64,000 nucleotides of DNA, taken from positions 11,108 to 75,107 of the forward strand of contig NZ_JBFFMZ010000011.1 of assembly GCF_041563495.1 (NCBI RefSeq), read 5' to 3'. This DNA comes from Sulfurimonas sp. (GTDB lineage Bacteria > Campylobacterota > Campylobacteria > Campylobacterales > Sulfurimonadaceae). A program made the position numbers and the translations under genes. Shown piece after piece: positions 9,298-17,343 of the stretch. Numbering within the stretch: position 1 is the first letter of the stretch; every line of letters begins with the position of its first letter. The notes beneath the pieces were generated by a model. The model had not been told where the DNA came from. It saw nothing but the letters and a program-made list of their open reading frames with translations, and made no database searches.

Positions 9298-10940
9298 AGC
9301 ATAATACCTTTGATCATAAAAAACAAAACAGCGGCAAGCACTGCAGCGGCCGGTACAGTTACAATCCATGCCGTGATAATTTTTTTGATTGCATCTCTTT
9401 TTACAAATTCAACTTTTTTAGATCTTTTAATACTTTTTTTAGCTGATTTAATCTGTTTTTCTTCATATGCAATCTGCTTATAGAGCTCAACAACTCTTTC
9501 ATAATCAGCCTGTGTCTTTTCATCTTTTGCTTCTAAAGTTTTTAGTTCTTCAGTATAGGCATGAAGATTCTCTTTCTCATCAATAATAGTCTGTTTGTCA
9601 TCTTCTATTGTTCTGCCCATGTCATTCAGGTGTAACCATTCTCTTAAGAAACCAACACCAAATACACCACCGATAGCGATGTGAGTCGAACTTACAGGAA
9701 GACCAAGTTGAGAAGCTATAATTACTGTAATAGCAGCAGCCATGGCAATAGAGAATGCTCTTATTTGGTCAAGTTCTGTAATTTCACTACCTACAGTTTT
9801 GATTAGATTCGGTCCATATAGAGCAAGACCAAGAGCTATACCAAGAGCACCGATTGCCATTACCCAGAATGGAATAGAAGCTTTGGAAGAGATACCGCCG
9901 TTTACTACCGCATCGTTGATGGCAGCTAATGGTCCGATAGCATTTGCAACATCGTTTGCACCGTGAGCAAAACTTAAAAGTGCTGCAGCAAAAATAAGAG
10001 GGATAGTAAAGAGAGTATTTACGGAGGCTTTATTGTTTTCAAGCATTGTTGTGTTTGAACTTACTTTACTTTTAACAAAAAAGTAAACTATTACGGCAGT
10101 AATCAGGCCAAAAGTAATAGCAGTCATAAGGCTTGGTTTTTTAGTCATTTCTATAGCTACAAACGGTAGCATGTTTAATAGCTCAACAACTTGTGGCCAA
10201 ATCTTTTTAAGACCTTTTAGTGTTAGATATGTAATAAATGCCCATGACATTATTGCAACAAAAATAGGAACATATTTTTTGGCAGCTTCAACTTTATCAT
10301 CTTTAAAAACAATTGATTTTTTAATCGCAAAAAGAAAAGCAGCAGCAATAACCCCACCTAATACAGGAGAAATAACCCACGAAGCGGCAATTTTACCCAT
10401 TGTGCTCCAAGAGACTATGCTAAACCCTGCAGCGGCAATACCTGCACCCATGACACCACCGACTATTGAGTGAGTTGTTGAAACGGGAGCACGCATCATC
10501 GTAGCAAAATTAAGCCACAATGCGGCTGCAAGAAGTGCTGCCATCATAGCCCAGATAAAAGGATCTGCATTTCCGCCAAAAGCAGAGATGTCAATAATAC
10601 CTTTTTTAATGGTTTTAACAACTTCTCCACCCGCAATAAGAGCACCTGCAGCTTCAAATATAGCGGCTATGATGATAGCAGTGGTAAGAGTAAGTGCTTT
10701 TGAACCAACGGCAGGACCAACGTTATTGGCAACGTCATTAGCACCAATATTCATAGCCATATATGCACCAATTAGCGCAGCAACTGCTAGGAACATATTG
10801 TTTGAAATTCCACCATTGCTTAAAAAGCTAAAAGTCAAAACACCTATCATAAAAAATAGTGCGAAACCTAATCTAGTAAAATCTGTTCCGCTCTTTTTAA
10901 GCGCCTCTTTTTCAAGCTTTTTTATAGTCTGAATTTCCAT
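9294..10940 (-). CDS. Inorganic phosphate transporter, PiT family
   Basis: 548 aa, polytopic. Two GANDVAN signature repeats (GANDVANNVGP, GANDVANAIGP) and a large charged loop before the last TM helix. Confidence 0.9.
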   Translation of the reverse strand: MEIQTIKKLEKEALKKSGTDFTRLGFALFFMIGVLTFSFLSNGGISNNMFLAVAALIGAYMAMNIGANDVANNVGPAVGSKALTLTTAIIIAAIFEAAGALIAGGEVVKTIKKGIIDISAFGGNADPFIWAMMAALLAAALWLNFATMMRAPVSTTHSIVGGVMGAGIAAAGFSIVSWSTMGKIAASWVISPVLGGVIAAAFLFAIKKSIVFKDDKVEAAKKYVPIFVAIMSWAFITYLTLKGLKKIWPQVVELLNMLPFVAIEMTKKPSLMTAITFGLITAVIVYFFVKSKVSSNTTMLENNKASVNTLFTIPLIFAAALLSFAHGANDVANAIGPLAAINDAVVNGGISSKASIPFWVMAIGALGIALGLALYGPNLIKTVGSEITELDQIRAFSIAMAAAITVIIASQLGLPVSSTHIAIGGVFGVGFLREWLHLNDMGRTIEDDKQTIIDEKENLHAYTEELKTLEAKDEKTQADYERVVELYKQIAYEEKQIKSAKKSIKRSKKVEFVKRDAIKKIITAWIVTVPAAAVLAAVLFFMIKGIML

Positions 10941-11060
10941 ACTTCCCTCTTGTAATCGTATTGTAATAATTTTGCGAATTATATCTTCATTAAGGTTACA
11001 AGAATATTACAGACATCTAAAGTACCATTTAACAGCAGTTTGGTTTGTATGGTTGATATC

Positions 11061-11603
11061 CTAGTTTTTAATATATGCTTTTATTATTTCTTGTCTCTCT
11101 TGAGGTCTGTCCGCACCGCTTCTGCCAAATGTAGCTACATTGTTAAGCTTCATAATCGTTATCATCGAATCTTTTGTAGCTTCACCAAAAATAGTATGTC
11201 TGCCGTTAAGCCAGGGAGTTTTATTGGTAGTAATGAAAAATTGGCTTCCATTCGTGTGAGGTCCTCTGTTAGCCATTGCCAAAATGCCTGCTTTATCAAA
11301 AGTTTTGCCTTTAAACTCATCTTTAAAATCTTTGTTCCAGATGCTATTGCCGCCTCTGCCGCTCTCAGTCGGATCACCGCCTTGAATCATAAAGTCTTTT
11401 ATGATTCTGTGAAAAGCAACACCGTTATAGTAACCTTTTTTTACATGTGTAGTGAAGTTCTCCACTGCAAGCGGGGCTACTTCTGAAAAGAGTACAAGTT
11501 CTATATTTCCCTGCGTAGTCTCTAGTAGCACATGGGGATTTTTATCGTTAGCCTCTAAATTAACAGAGATAAATAATAAAAGTGTGAGTAGTGTTTTAAT
11601 CAT
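11061..11603 (-). CDS. Periplasmic cyclophilin-type peptidyl-prolyl cis-trans isomerase
   Basis: 180 aa. Signal peptide, then cyclophilin motifs FHRIIKDFMIQGGDP and GPHTNGSQFFIT. Confidence 0.9.
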   Translation of the reverse strand: MIKTLLTLLLFISVNLEANDKNPHVLLETTQGNIELVLFSEVAPLAVENFTTHVKKGYYNGVAFHRIIKDFMIQGGDPTESGRGGNSIWNKDFKDEFKGKTFDKAGILAMANRGPHTNGSQFFITTNKTPWLNGRHTIFGEATKDSMITIMKLNNVATFGRSGADRPQERQEIIKAYIKN

Positions 11604-13095
11604 ATTTTTCCTTTAATGTTTTTATATTTTTGGATTCTTCTTCATAAAGAACATAAGCTTTTTCTTCAGCCAGATTTATTGCATGTTCTATTTCGTTTAG
11701 TGAAGTGTCTGCAATGTCCATTAATATGACAAATTTTGAGTTCATCGAACTGATTTGTGAGTATGAACATAGCAGTAAATTGTCTAAATCTTGAGATAGT
11801 AAATTATTGGAACTATCTAATAAAACGGTCTTATCCTTAATAAAAAATTCTAAGTCATCATGTAATTGTCTTTTACTTATATTGTCACTTACGACTAAAA
11901 TATCTTGAGAAGAGTTTTCTTTGAGCAAATTAGAAATAATCTGCAGTGCTTTTGCATGCTGATTTGCTTGTTTGAAAATAATTTTTAATTTTTTTGGTTT
12001 AAAACTTTTTTCAAATCTGTAGGTCGCATCTTCATCGCCATACTCATTAACTAAAATGAGAGAAGATTTTTTTTGTATATGCTTTAAATAATCTATAAAC
12101 TCAATAGGGAGTAGGTTGGCATTATCACAAATAATTAGGTCAGCGATATCAAAACTTTTGCGCATAAGCTTTTCATCAATATTTAGAACAACTTCTAATG
12201 GTGGTTTTTTTAACTTGTTCAGGTGCCTGTTCACCAGCTCAATAGGGGTTATTATCTCAATAGAACTGAAATCAACTTCAATAATAGCGTATTCTATGAT
12301 ATCAAGTAATTTCTGTTTTAAAATATCGCAAGACAGAGTTGTAGGCTCAATAATAACAATATCTATTTCAGGATTTCGCAGAGTCTCTAAAATGGCTTTT
12401 AAAATAATTGAGTTGGTCTTACCCGAATGTGCACTACCGCTTAAAGTCTCAACTCCATCAGTAGTAGATTCAATAAACTCAATCTGTTCGTCAGTGGCTA
12501 GATTCATGCTCCCATCTTTTGAAAAGATAAGATACTGAACAAGTAAGTTCCCCATTATATGAACTTCATCAGGCATTCTTGATGTAGGCAGCGGCAAATT
12601 TTTTAGTTTTTGTAATATTTCTGATTCTAAAGAGTCATTAAACATAATTTTTTGATAAGGGAGTAACTCTTTTATAGAATCATTTAAATGTTGGTATTCA
12701 TCACTATTTAAATTTTCCATCAAAAGGTAGTTATATATTGGTACTCCGTCATTGTGCGTAAGCTCATTAAACTTTTGTTTTATAAATTCATGTGTTTTTT
12801 CAAAAGCAAGACTTTTTTCACTGGAGTCCTGATTTGTTGCTTTTGATATTGTTGAATTTTTTAAATCATCATATGACCACTCTTTATATTCAAATAAGCA
12901 GATTCCTCTGTTGGGATTTAAGATTAAAAGAGGAATAAAAAAGTTTTGAGTATGATGATATATAGTTATATTTTCGTAGATGCTAAAGGAGTTTTTTTTA
13001 CAAACTTCTTTTAATTTTTTGATTAATAATGAATCTGGAAGACTTAGAGTTTTTGGTTTTTTTCTGAAAATTGAGAAGAATGAAAATATATTCAT
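11596..13095 (-). CDS. NERD-like nuclease domain fused to P-loop (SF1-helicase-like) NTPase
   Basis: 499 aa. N-terminal NERD/PD-(D/E)xK-like segment (FIPLLILNPNRGICLFEYKEW). Walker A GSAHSGKTNS, Walker-B-like DLIICDNANLL, and a UvrD_C-like tail (KFVILMDIAD). Motif reading only. Confidence 0.55.
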   Translation of the reverse strand: MNIFSFFSIFRKKPKTLSLPDSLLIKKLKEVCKKNSFSIYENITIYHHTQNFFIPLLILNPNRGICLFEYKEWSYDDLKNSTISKATNQDSSEKSLAFEKTHEFIKQKFNELTHNDGVPIYNYLLMENLNSDEYQHLNDSIKELLPYQKIMFNDSLESEILQKLKNLPLPTSRMPDEVHIMGNLLVQYLIFSKDGSMNLATDEQIEFIESTTDGVETLSGSAHSGKTNSIILKAILETLRNPEIDIVIIEPTTLSCDILKQKLLDIIEYAIIEVDFSSIEIITPIELVNRHLNKLKKPPLEVVLNIDEKLMRKSFDIADLIICDNANLLPIEFIDYLKHIQKKSSLILVNEYGDEDATYRFEKSFKPKKLKIIFKQANQHAKALQIISNLLKENSSQDILVVSDNISKRQLHDDLEFFIKDKTVLLDSSNNLLSQDLDNLLLCSYSQISSMNSKFVILMDIADTSLNEIEHAINLAEEKAYVLYEEESKNIKTLKEKYD

Positions 13096-13102
13096 AAAAA
13101 GA

Positions 13103-13136
13103 AAAAATCCATTGCCTTAAAATGCAATGGATTTTT
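13103..13136 (-). terminator. Rho-independent terminator downstream of hup
   Basis: Perfect 13-bp stem AAAAATCCATTGC / GCAATGGATTTTT with an 8-nt loop. On the minus strand it is followed by a TTTTTTCTTTTT tract. Confidence 0.75.
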
Positions 13137-13140
13137 GAGA

Positions 13141-13425
13141 TTATTTGCCAGCAGCAACGCGGTCTTTAAGACCTTTACCAGCTTTAAATTTAGGAACCAT
13201 CTTGTCCTGAGTAGTATAAGTTTTACTTGTACCTGGAACTTTACCACTTTTGCCTTTTTGAAGGTTTGCAGAAAAACTACCAAAACCAACTAAAGAAACA
13301 TCTTCTTTTTTTACTAGAGCTGCCGTTACAGCTTCTGTAAATGCTTTAATTGCAGCTTCTGCTTCAACTTTAGTTTTGTACTCACCACTTGCTTGTACTA
13401 ATTCAACGAATTGAGCTTTGTTCAT
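13141..13425 (-). CDS. hup: DNA-binding protein HU
   Basis: Start moved to MNKAQFVELV (ATG at 13425). Typical HU fold sequence (GFGSFS .. PKFKAGKGLKD). Confidence 0.9.
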   Translation of the reverse strand: MNKAQFVELVQASGEYKTKVEAEAAIKAFTEAVTAALVKKEDVSLVGFGSFSANLQKGKSGKVPGTSKTYTTQDKMVPKFKAGKGLKDRVAAGK

Positions 13426-13522
13426 ATATTTACCCTTAGATTCATAAAGATTTCCGAGATTATTCAGCATAAGCACCAGACAGCCTTGTGCTAAAATAAT
13501 TCAGCTACGGATACTTTATAAT

Positions 13523-13756
13523 TTATTTGCTTAAATTTTTCTTCTTTTTGATGAAAAGTGTGATAAATTGCGATAATTTTGACTCTTTAAGTCCTATTTT
13601 AGCCATTTTCAAGAACTTAGAAGTGTTTAAACTAATATTCTTAGACATTAGTAAAGATGAAAATTCTTTCATTTTTTCATATTTAGTATTGTCTGTGCTA
13701 ATAGATAAAAATATATCTTCTAAACCATCTCTTTCTTGTTTAGTCAGTGCGCTCAT
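13523..13756 (-). CDS. Small hypothetical protein with a Lys-rich C-terminus
   Basis: 77 aa. Only a 3-nt gap from the upstream HTH gene. No recognisable family. Confidence 0.45.
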   Translation of the reverse strand: MSALTKQERDGLEDIFLSISTDNTKYEKMKEFSSLLMSKNISLNTSKFLKMAKIGLKESKLSQFITLFIKKKKNLSK

Positions 13757-13759
13757 TTA

Positions 13760-14002
13760 CTATACCTCTTCAAGTCTGTTGATTTTTCTTACAGCTCTAA
13801 TAATCTCATCATCATCTAATTTACCCAACATTTTCATTACCACAGAAGCAGCTTGAGGTTTAGCTCTAGCTAGTTTCCAGTCCTGATATGTACGCATAGA
13901 GATCCCAAGAGAATTAGCCATATCTTTAAGGGATATTTTTTTTCCATTGTTTTGAGACTCTAACGAGTTATGAAGAATATTAAACAGATCATCAATTTGC
14001 AT
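13760..14002 (-). CDS. XRE/Cro-type helix-turn-helix protein (antitoxin-like)
   Basis: 80 aa. ISLKDMANSLGISMRTYQDWKLARAKPQAASVVMKML resembles the HTH of HigA/MqsA/NadS-like small regulators. Confidence 0.6.
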   Translation of the reverse strand: MQIDDLFNILHNSLESQNNGKKISLKDMANSLGISMRTYQDWKLARAKPQAASVVMKMLGKLDDDEIIRAVRKINRLEEV

Positions 14003-14224
14003 AAGGAGAAGTATACGGATTTAATACTTAAATATACATTTAATATTAGAAATTAAGATATTTATATACTTAATAGCACCAATTAGTTTGTTTTATATAT
14101 TTAAAATATACTTTTTAGATATAATTATTTTATATTAAATACGGAATACCGTGTATTAAATATATAAAAATATCACTAAAAATAAGAAGTTGAAAAAAAA
14201 TTATTTAATATTTAATTTTTACGA

Positions 14225-15898
14225 TTAGAGAGAGATTGATTTATTTACAGGTAGCAGAGTTATTTTATCTTCAGATATTTTTAGGTGGAATGGCTCATAG
14301 CTTTGTGCATCTGTCTTGTAAATGATTTCATTATCATTATCAAGTGTGAATACTATGTTGTTTAAACCTTTGAGCGGTTTTTCTATGCTTATTGTTGCTC
14401 TAAAAACAGAACTCTTGATGTCATCTACTAGATTTTTTAATTTTTTTAGCTCATTTTTTATATTTTCTACTTCGGATTTATTGTGTCTCTGTGCTTCTTC
14501 AAGAGAAAATTTTAAATCTTCCATATCTTCTTTTATAAAATCTATTTTAGAGTTCAAAACAGGGATATCTTTATAGTTGATTTTAAAGAGATTATCTTCA
14601 CCGCTTACAAGCCTTATGCTAATAGATTCACTGGCGTAAACTTTCAGGTTGCTCTTTACATGTCCGATTTTTGCATTTTGAGCATATACAACTCCGCCAA
14701 GACAAGCTTCAATTTCTACATTTGTAGCGTGAACGGTACCACCTTCAAGAAGTGCTATTTTTGCATTGTGGCATCTGAGTGTACCTTTGTGTCTGTTTAT
14801 TTTTGCTATTCTTGCAAATTGTGCAGAATCTTGATGTGTCGCTCCATCTATTTGCATGTTTACAGCTTCTAAGATGCTGTTTGCACCAATATGACCGTTG
14901 ACATGTATTGTCTCACTCTTTAACTCAACTCCTTCACCGATACTGTCTTTAGTGGTATCATTTTGAGAGATGTGCACTTCTATATTGTTGTTTTGTTCTT
15001 TTGCCAAAGAGTCTTCTACTCTCGATATCTTGGCTACTTTTAGTTTATTGTTGACACTGAGTTTAGTTTTACTAAAGTTGACAAAGCCCTTGACTTTACT
15101 TTTGTAGAGTTTTTTGTCATCATTCTCTTCTATATAGATGCTGTCTGTATCTATTTGTGTTTGAAGATCATCAGCATTATGAGCATAGTCTTTGTCTAAT
15201 TGCTTTCCATGAGAGTTAAAGCCGCTTTTTCCGTAAACAGGTTTTTTATACTCTACTAAAATTTCATCTTTTTCAACTTCCGTAATCTGATGCTTATGTT
15301 GAGACTCTTTGTGTTTAAACCATAGTATTAATTTTCCGGCTCTGGTTATTTTGGGTTCTATTCCTTCAAAAAGTGGAATTCTAATCTTTTTTTTGAACTT
15401 GCCTTCATAGAGATGTTTTGTAAAAGCTTTTAGGCTCTTGATCATTTTTTCATCAAATAAGTCTATTAGAATCCCATTTTTGGCTTTTATCTTATTTACC
15501 TCCCGAAGTAGAAGTTTGTATGTTTCTATCGGCTTATGTGTTTTGTAAAGTATGTGTGAATCAGGATGTAATATCAATTTTGGATTACATTCAAATTCAT
15601 CCATTTCCAAGGAGTAGTTGAGTTTAATCTCTACATTTACAGGCTTAACCGCCAATATAGTGTATATTTGTTGAAATTCTACATGTCTGTTTATAATATC
15701 GTTTTCATTTTTATAATGTTCATTGAGTTTTTCATTAAACTGTATAAATTCATCGTCTGAATTTGTTTTTACGTAAGTCACTGTATTTAAAATAGTGAAG
15801 TCACACTCATTTAAAGGTGTAAAGTTGTCAGATGCAAAGTTAATCATTGCATTTTTAATATTTTTAGTTTTAATGGTTGTGTCTTGAATTTCAGCCAC
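14225..15898 (-). CDS. DUF342 (FapA-like) protein
   Basis: 557 aa. Conserved glycine-rich loop KPVYGKSGFNSHGKQL, then degenerate beta-helix-like repeats (IHVNGHIGANSILEAVNMQIDG...VHATNVEIEACLGGVVYAQNAKIGHV) and a C-terminal coiled coil. This is the usual DUF342 layout. Confidence 0.7.
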   Translation of the reverse strand: MAEIQDTTIKTKNIKNAMINFASDNFTPLNECDFTILNTVTYVKTNSDDEFIQFNEKLNEHYKNENDIINRHVEFQQIYTILAVKPVNVEIKLNYSLEMDEFECNPKLILHPDSHILYKTHKPIETYKLLLREVNKIKAKNGILIDLFDEKMIKSLKAFTKHLYEGKFKKKIRIPLFEGIEPKITRAGKLILWFKHKESQHKHQITEVEKDEILVEYKKPVYGKSGFNSHGKQLDKDYAHNADDLQTQIDTDSIYIEENDDKKLYKSKVKGFVNFSKTKLSVNNKLKVAKISRVEDSLAKEQNNNIEVHISQNDTTKDSIGEGVELKSETIHVNGHIGANSILEAVNMQIDGATHQDSAQFARIAKINRHKGTLRCHNAKIALLEGGTVHATNVEIEACLGGVVYAQNAKIGHVKSNLKVYASESISIRLVSGEDNLFKINYKDIPVLNSKIDFIKEDMEDLKFSLEEAQRHNKSEVENIKNELKKLKNLVDDIKSSVFRATISIEKPLKGLNNIVFTLDNDNEIIYKTDAQSYEPFHLKISEDKITLLPVNKSISL

Positions 15899-15916
15899 TA
15901 TAATAAGCCTCTTTAA

Positions 15917-16570
15917 TTAATATGAAAGTAAGTCACTGTAATCATATTTTGAAAAATCTAAATATAATTTGCCGTCTTTGTGCAGGACTCTTATATCATT
16001 GTCATAAACAGATAAAAATCTTCTTTTAATAACTTTTCTTTGATATGATTTTAAATTCAATGTCTTAAGATAATCTTTTAGTTCTACTATTCCTGGTTCT
16101 GGAACATTTTTTTGTTTATCTTCTTCTATTGTTTCTACTTCGTGTATAGTCTGCCCTTGATGTTCTAGCATCATCTTTGTGTTTACAAGTTCCAGTATAT
16201 TTTTTAACTGCTCATCTTTTTTACTATAGAGTTGCTCAATTTTATCACGTTCATCACGGAGCATCTGCTCTTTATCACCTATTAGTTTATCTATTTTCAA
16301 CTCGAGCTGCATGATCTTTTCTTTGAGCTGTGTATTTTCTCTTTGGTATAAAGCTATGACAGTTGCAACTGTTGTCTTTGGTTTGAGTATTGCTTTTTTC
16401 TCAGTAACCGCTTCCTTTTTTATATCAGTGTCAATAGGATTCTCTTTTACCATTATGTATGTTATGGAATCTTCAATTATATAGTCTAGTTTTTTTGATT
16501 TTAGTTTTGAGCTGATCATCTCTTTTGACATTTTAAACTGTTTTGAGTATTCGTCTATTGTTAGTCTCAT
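15917..16570 (-). CDS. Excisionase/MerR-like HTH plus coiled-coil protein
   Basis: 217 aa. N-terminus LTIDEYSKQFKMSKEMISSKLKSKKLDYIIEDSITYI resembles an excisionase-type HTH. Central heptad-rich segment (QLKEKIMQLELKIDKLIGDKEQMLRDERDKIEQL). 1-nt gap from the upstream cyclase-like ORF. Confidence 0.5.
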   Translation of the reverse strand: MRLTIDEYSKQFKMSKEMISSKLKSKKLDYIIEDSITYIMVKENPIDTDIKKEAVTEKKAILKPKTTVATVIALYQRENTQLKEKIMQLELKIDKLIGDKEQMLRDERDKIEQLYSKKDEQLKNILELVNTKMMLEHQGQTIHEVETIEEDKQKNVPEPGIVELKDYLKTLNLKSYQRKVIKRRFLSVYDNDIRVLHKDGKLYLDFSKYDYSDLLSY

Positions 16571-16571
16571 A

Positions 16572-17258
16572 TTATGTCCTTATAAGCATAGAATTAAAAT
16601 TTGTATTTGGCGGGTTTATTATACCAGCCTTTCGTAGCCACACAAGGCGACCTTCTTTTTTATTACCGTGTTTATCTTCAAAAATATAGGGTGATGAATA
16701 TTTAAACTCTCTTTCTATTAAAAGTGAATTAAAGTTTTTGTATCTATCTAAAAAAACTTTTAAACTTTCATATGCGGTATCTGAAACCATTATTGTAGAT
16801 ATTGTATAATCTTTTATCTCCAAATATCTGGCACAATCATTTAAACCGTCCCCTATGTAGTTTTTATGTCCCAATATATCTATAAACTCATATATTTTGC
16901 CTGTATGAACAGCAATCCTAATACCTTGAAAATATGAATATTTTTTAGAAATATATTCTGACATATAGTTAAAACTAAGTCCTAAAATGGTTCCGTAACC
17001 TTTTAGCTTAGGGTTTAATATGCAGTAAAAACCGTCACCTGTCGAGATATATCCTAGTATCAAACTACTCAAGGGCATCTTTGAGCTTTCTAACATCTTC
17101 TCTATCATGTTTGTATATGTCTTAGTCAAGAAGTTGATAATCTCCAATTGATATTTTACTTCAAGTTTAGAAAAATTGATGATATCAATGAGGACAATAT
17201 CAGTTGTCCACTCACTATTTTTTTTTCTAGTCATGCAAACTCTATGTTTTTTAACCAT
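16572..17258 (-). CDS. Minimal class III nucleotidyl (adenylyl/guanylyl-type) cyclase-like protein
   Basis: 228 aa (alternative start M9 at 17234). Ordered motifs IVLIDIINFS (metal Asp 1), STGDGFYCIL (metal Asp 2), IRIAVHTGKIY and GDGLNDCARYLE (Asn..Arg pair). No sensor or TM domain. Confidence 0.55.
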   Translation of the reverse strand: MVKKHRVCMTRKKNSEWTTDIVLIDIINFSKLEVKYQLEIINFLTKTYTNMIEKMLESSKMPLSSLILGYISTGDGFYCILNPKLKGYGTILGLSFNYMSEYISKKYSYFQGIRIAVHTGKIYEFIDILGHKNYIGDGLNDCARYLEIKDYTISTIMVSDTAYESLKVFLDRYKNFNSLLIEREFKYSSPYIFEDKHGNKKEGRLVWLRKAGIINPPNTNFNSMLIRT

Positions 17259-17343
17259 TTTAACATAAAAAGTTTATAAAAAAGTTATTTCAAATAAAGC
17301 TTGTAATATAATCACGAATATAATAAAAAATATAGGAAGAGTA

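Noticed and set aside
10948-11003. 8-bp inverted repeat TCTTGTAA..TTACAAGA in the PiT leader as a phosphate-responsive element
   Set aside because: The arms are short and 40 nt apart in AT-rich DNA, so this could easily arise by chance. There is no resemblance to a pho box that I can name.
14003-14030. Strong Shine-Dalgarno AAGGAG on the plus strand suggesting a hidden small ORF
   Set aside because: No ATG, GTG or TTG lies at a suitable distance, and the following frames hit stop codons within a few codons.
14225-17258. Canonical Pycsar (cyclase plus cNMP-binding effector) anti-phage system
   Set aside because: Neither downstream protein shows a recognisable cyclic-nucleotide-binding beta-barrel, TIR domain or TM effector. 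Only the cyclase half of the analogy holds, so I report it as an unexplained operon, not as Pycsar.
11596-17258. Integrated mobile element or genomic island
   Set aside because: I found no integrase, transposase, tRNA attachment site or flanking direct repeats. The housekeeping hup gene sits in the middle. The region looks AT-richer by eye, but I could not compute this. It is treated as chromosomal.
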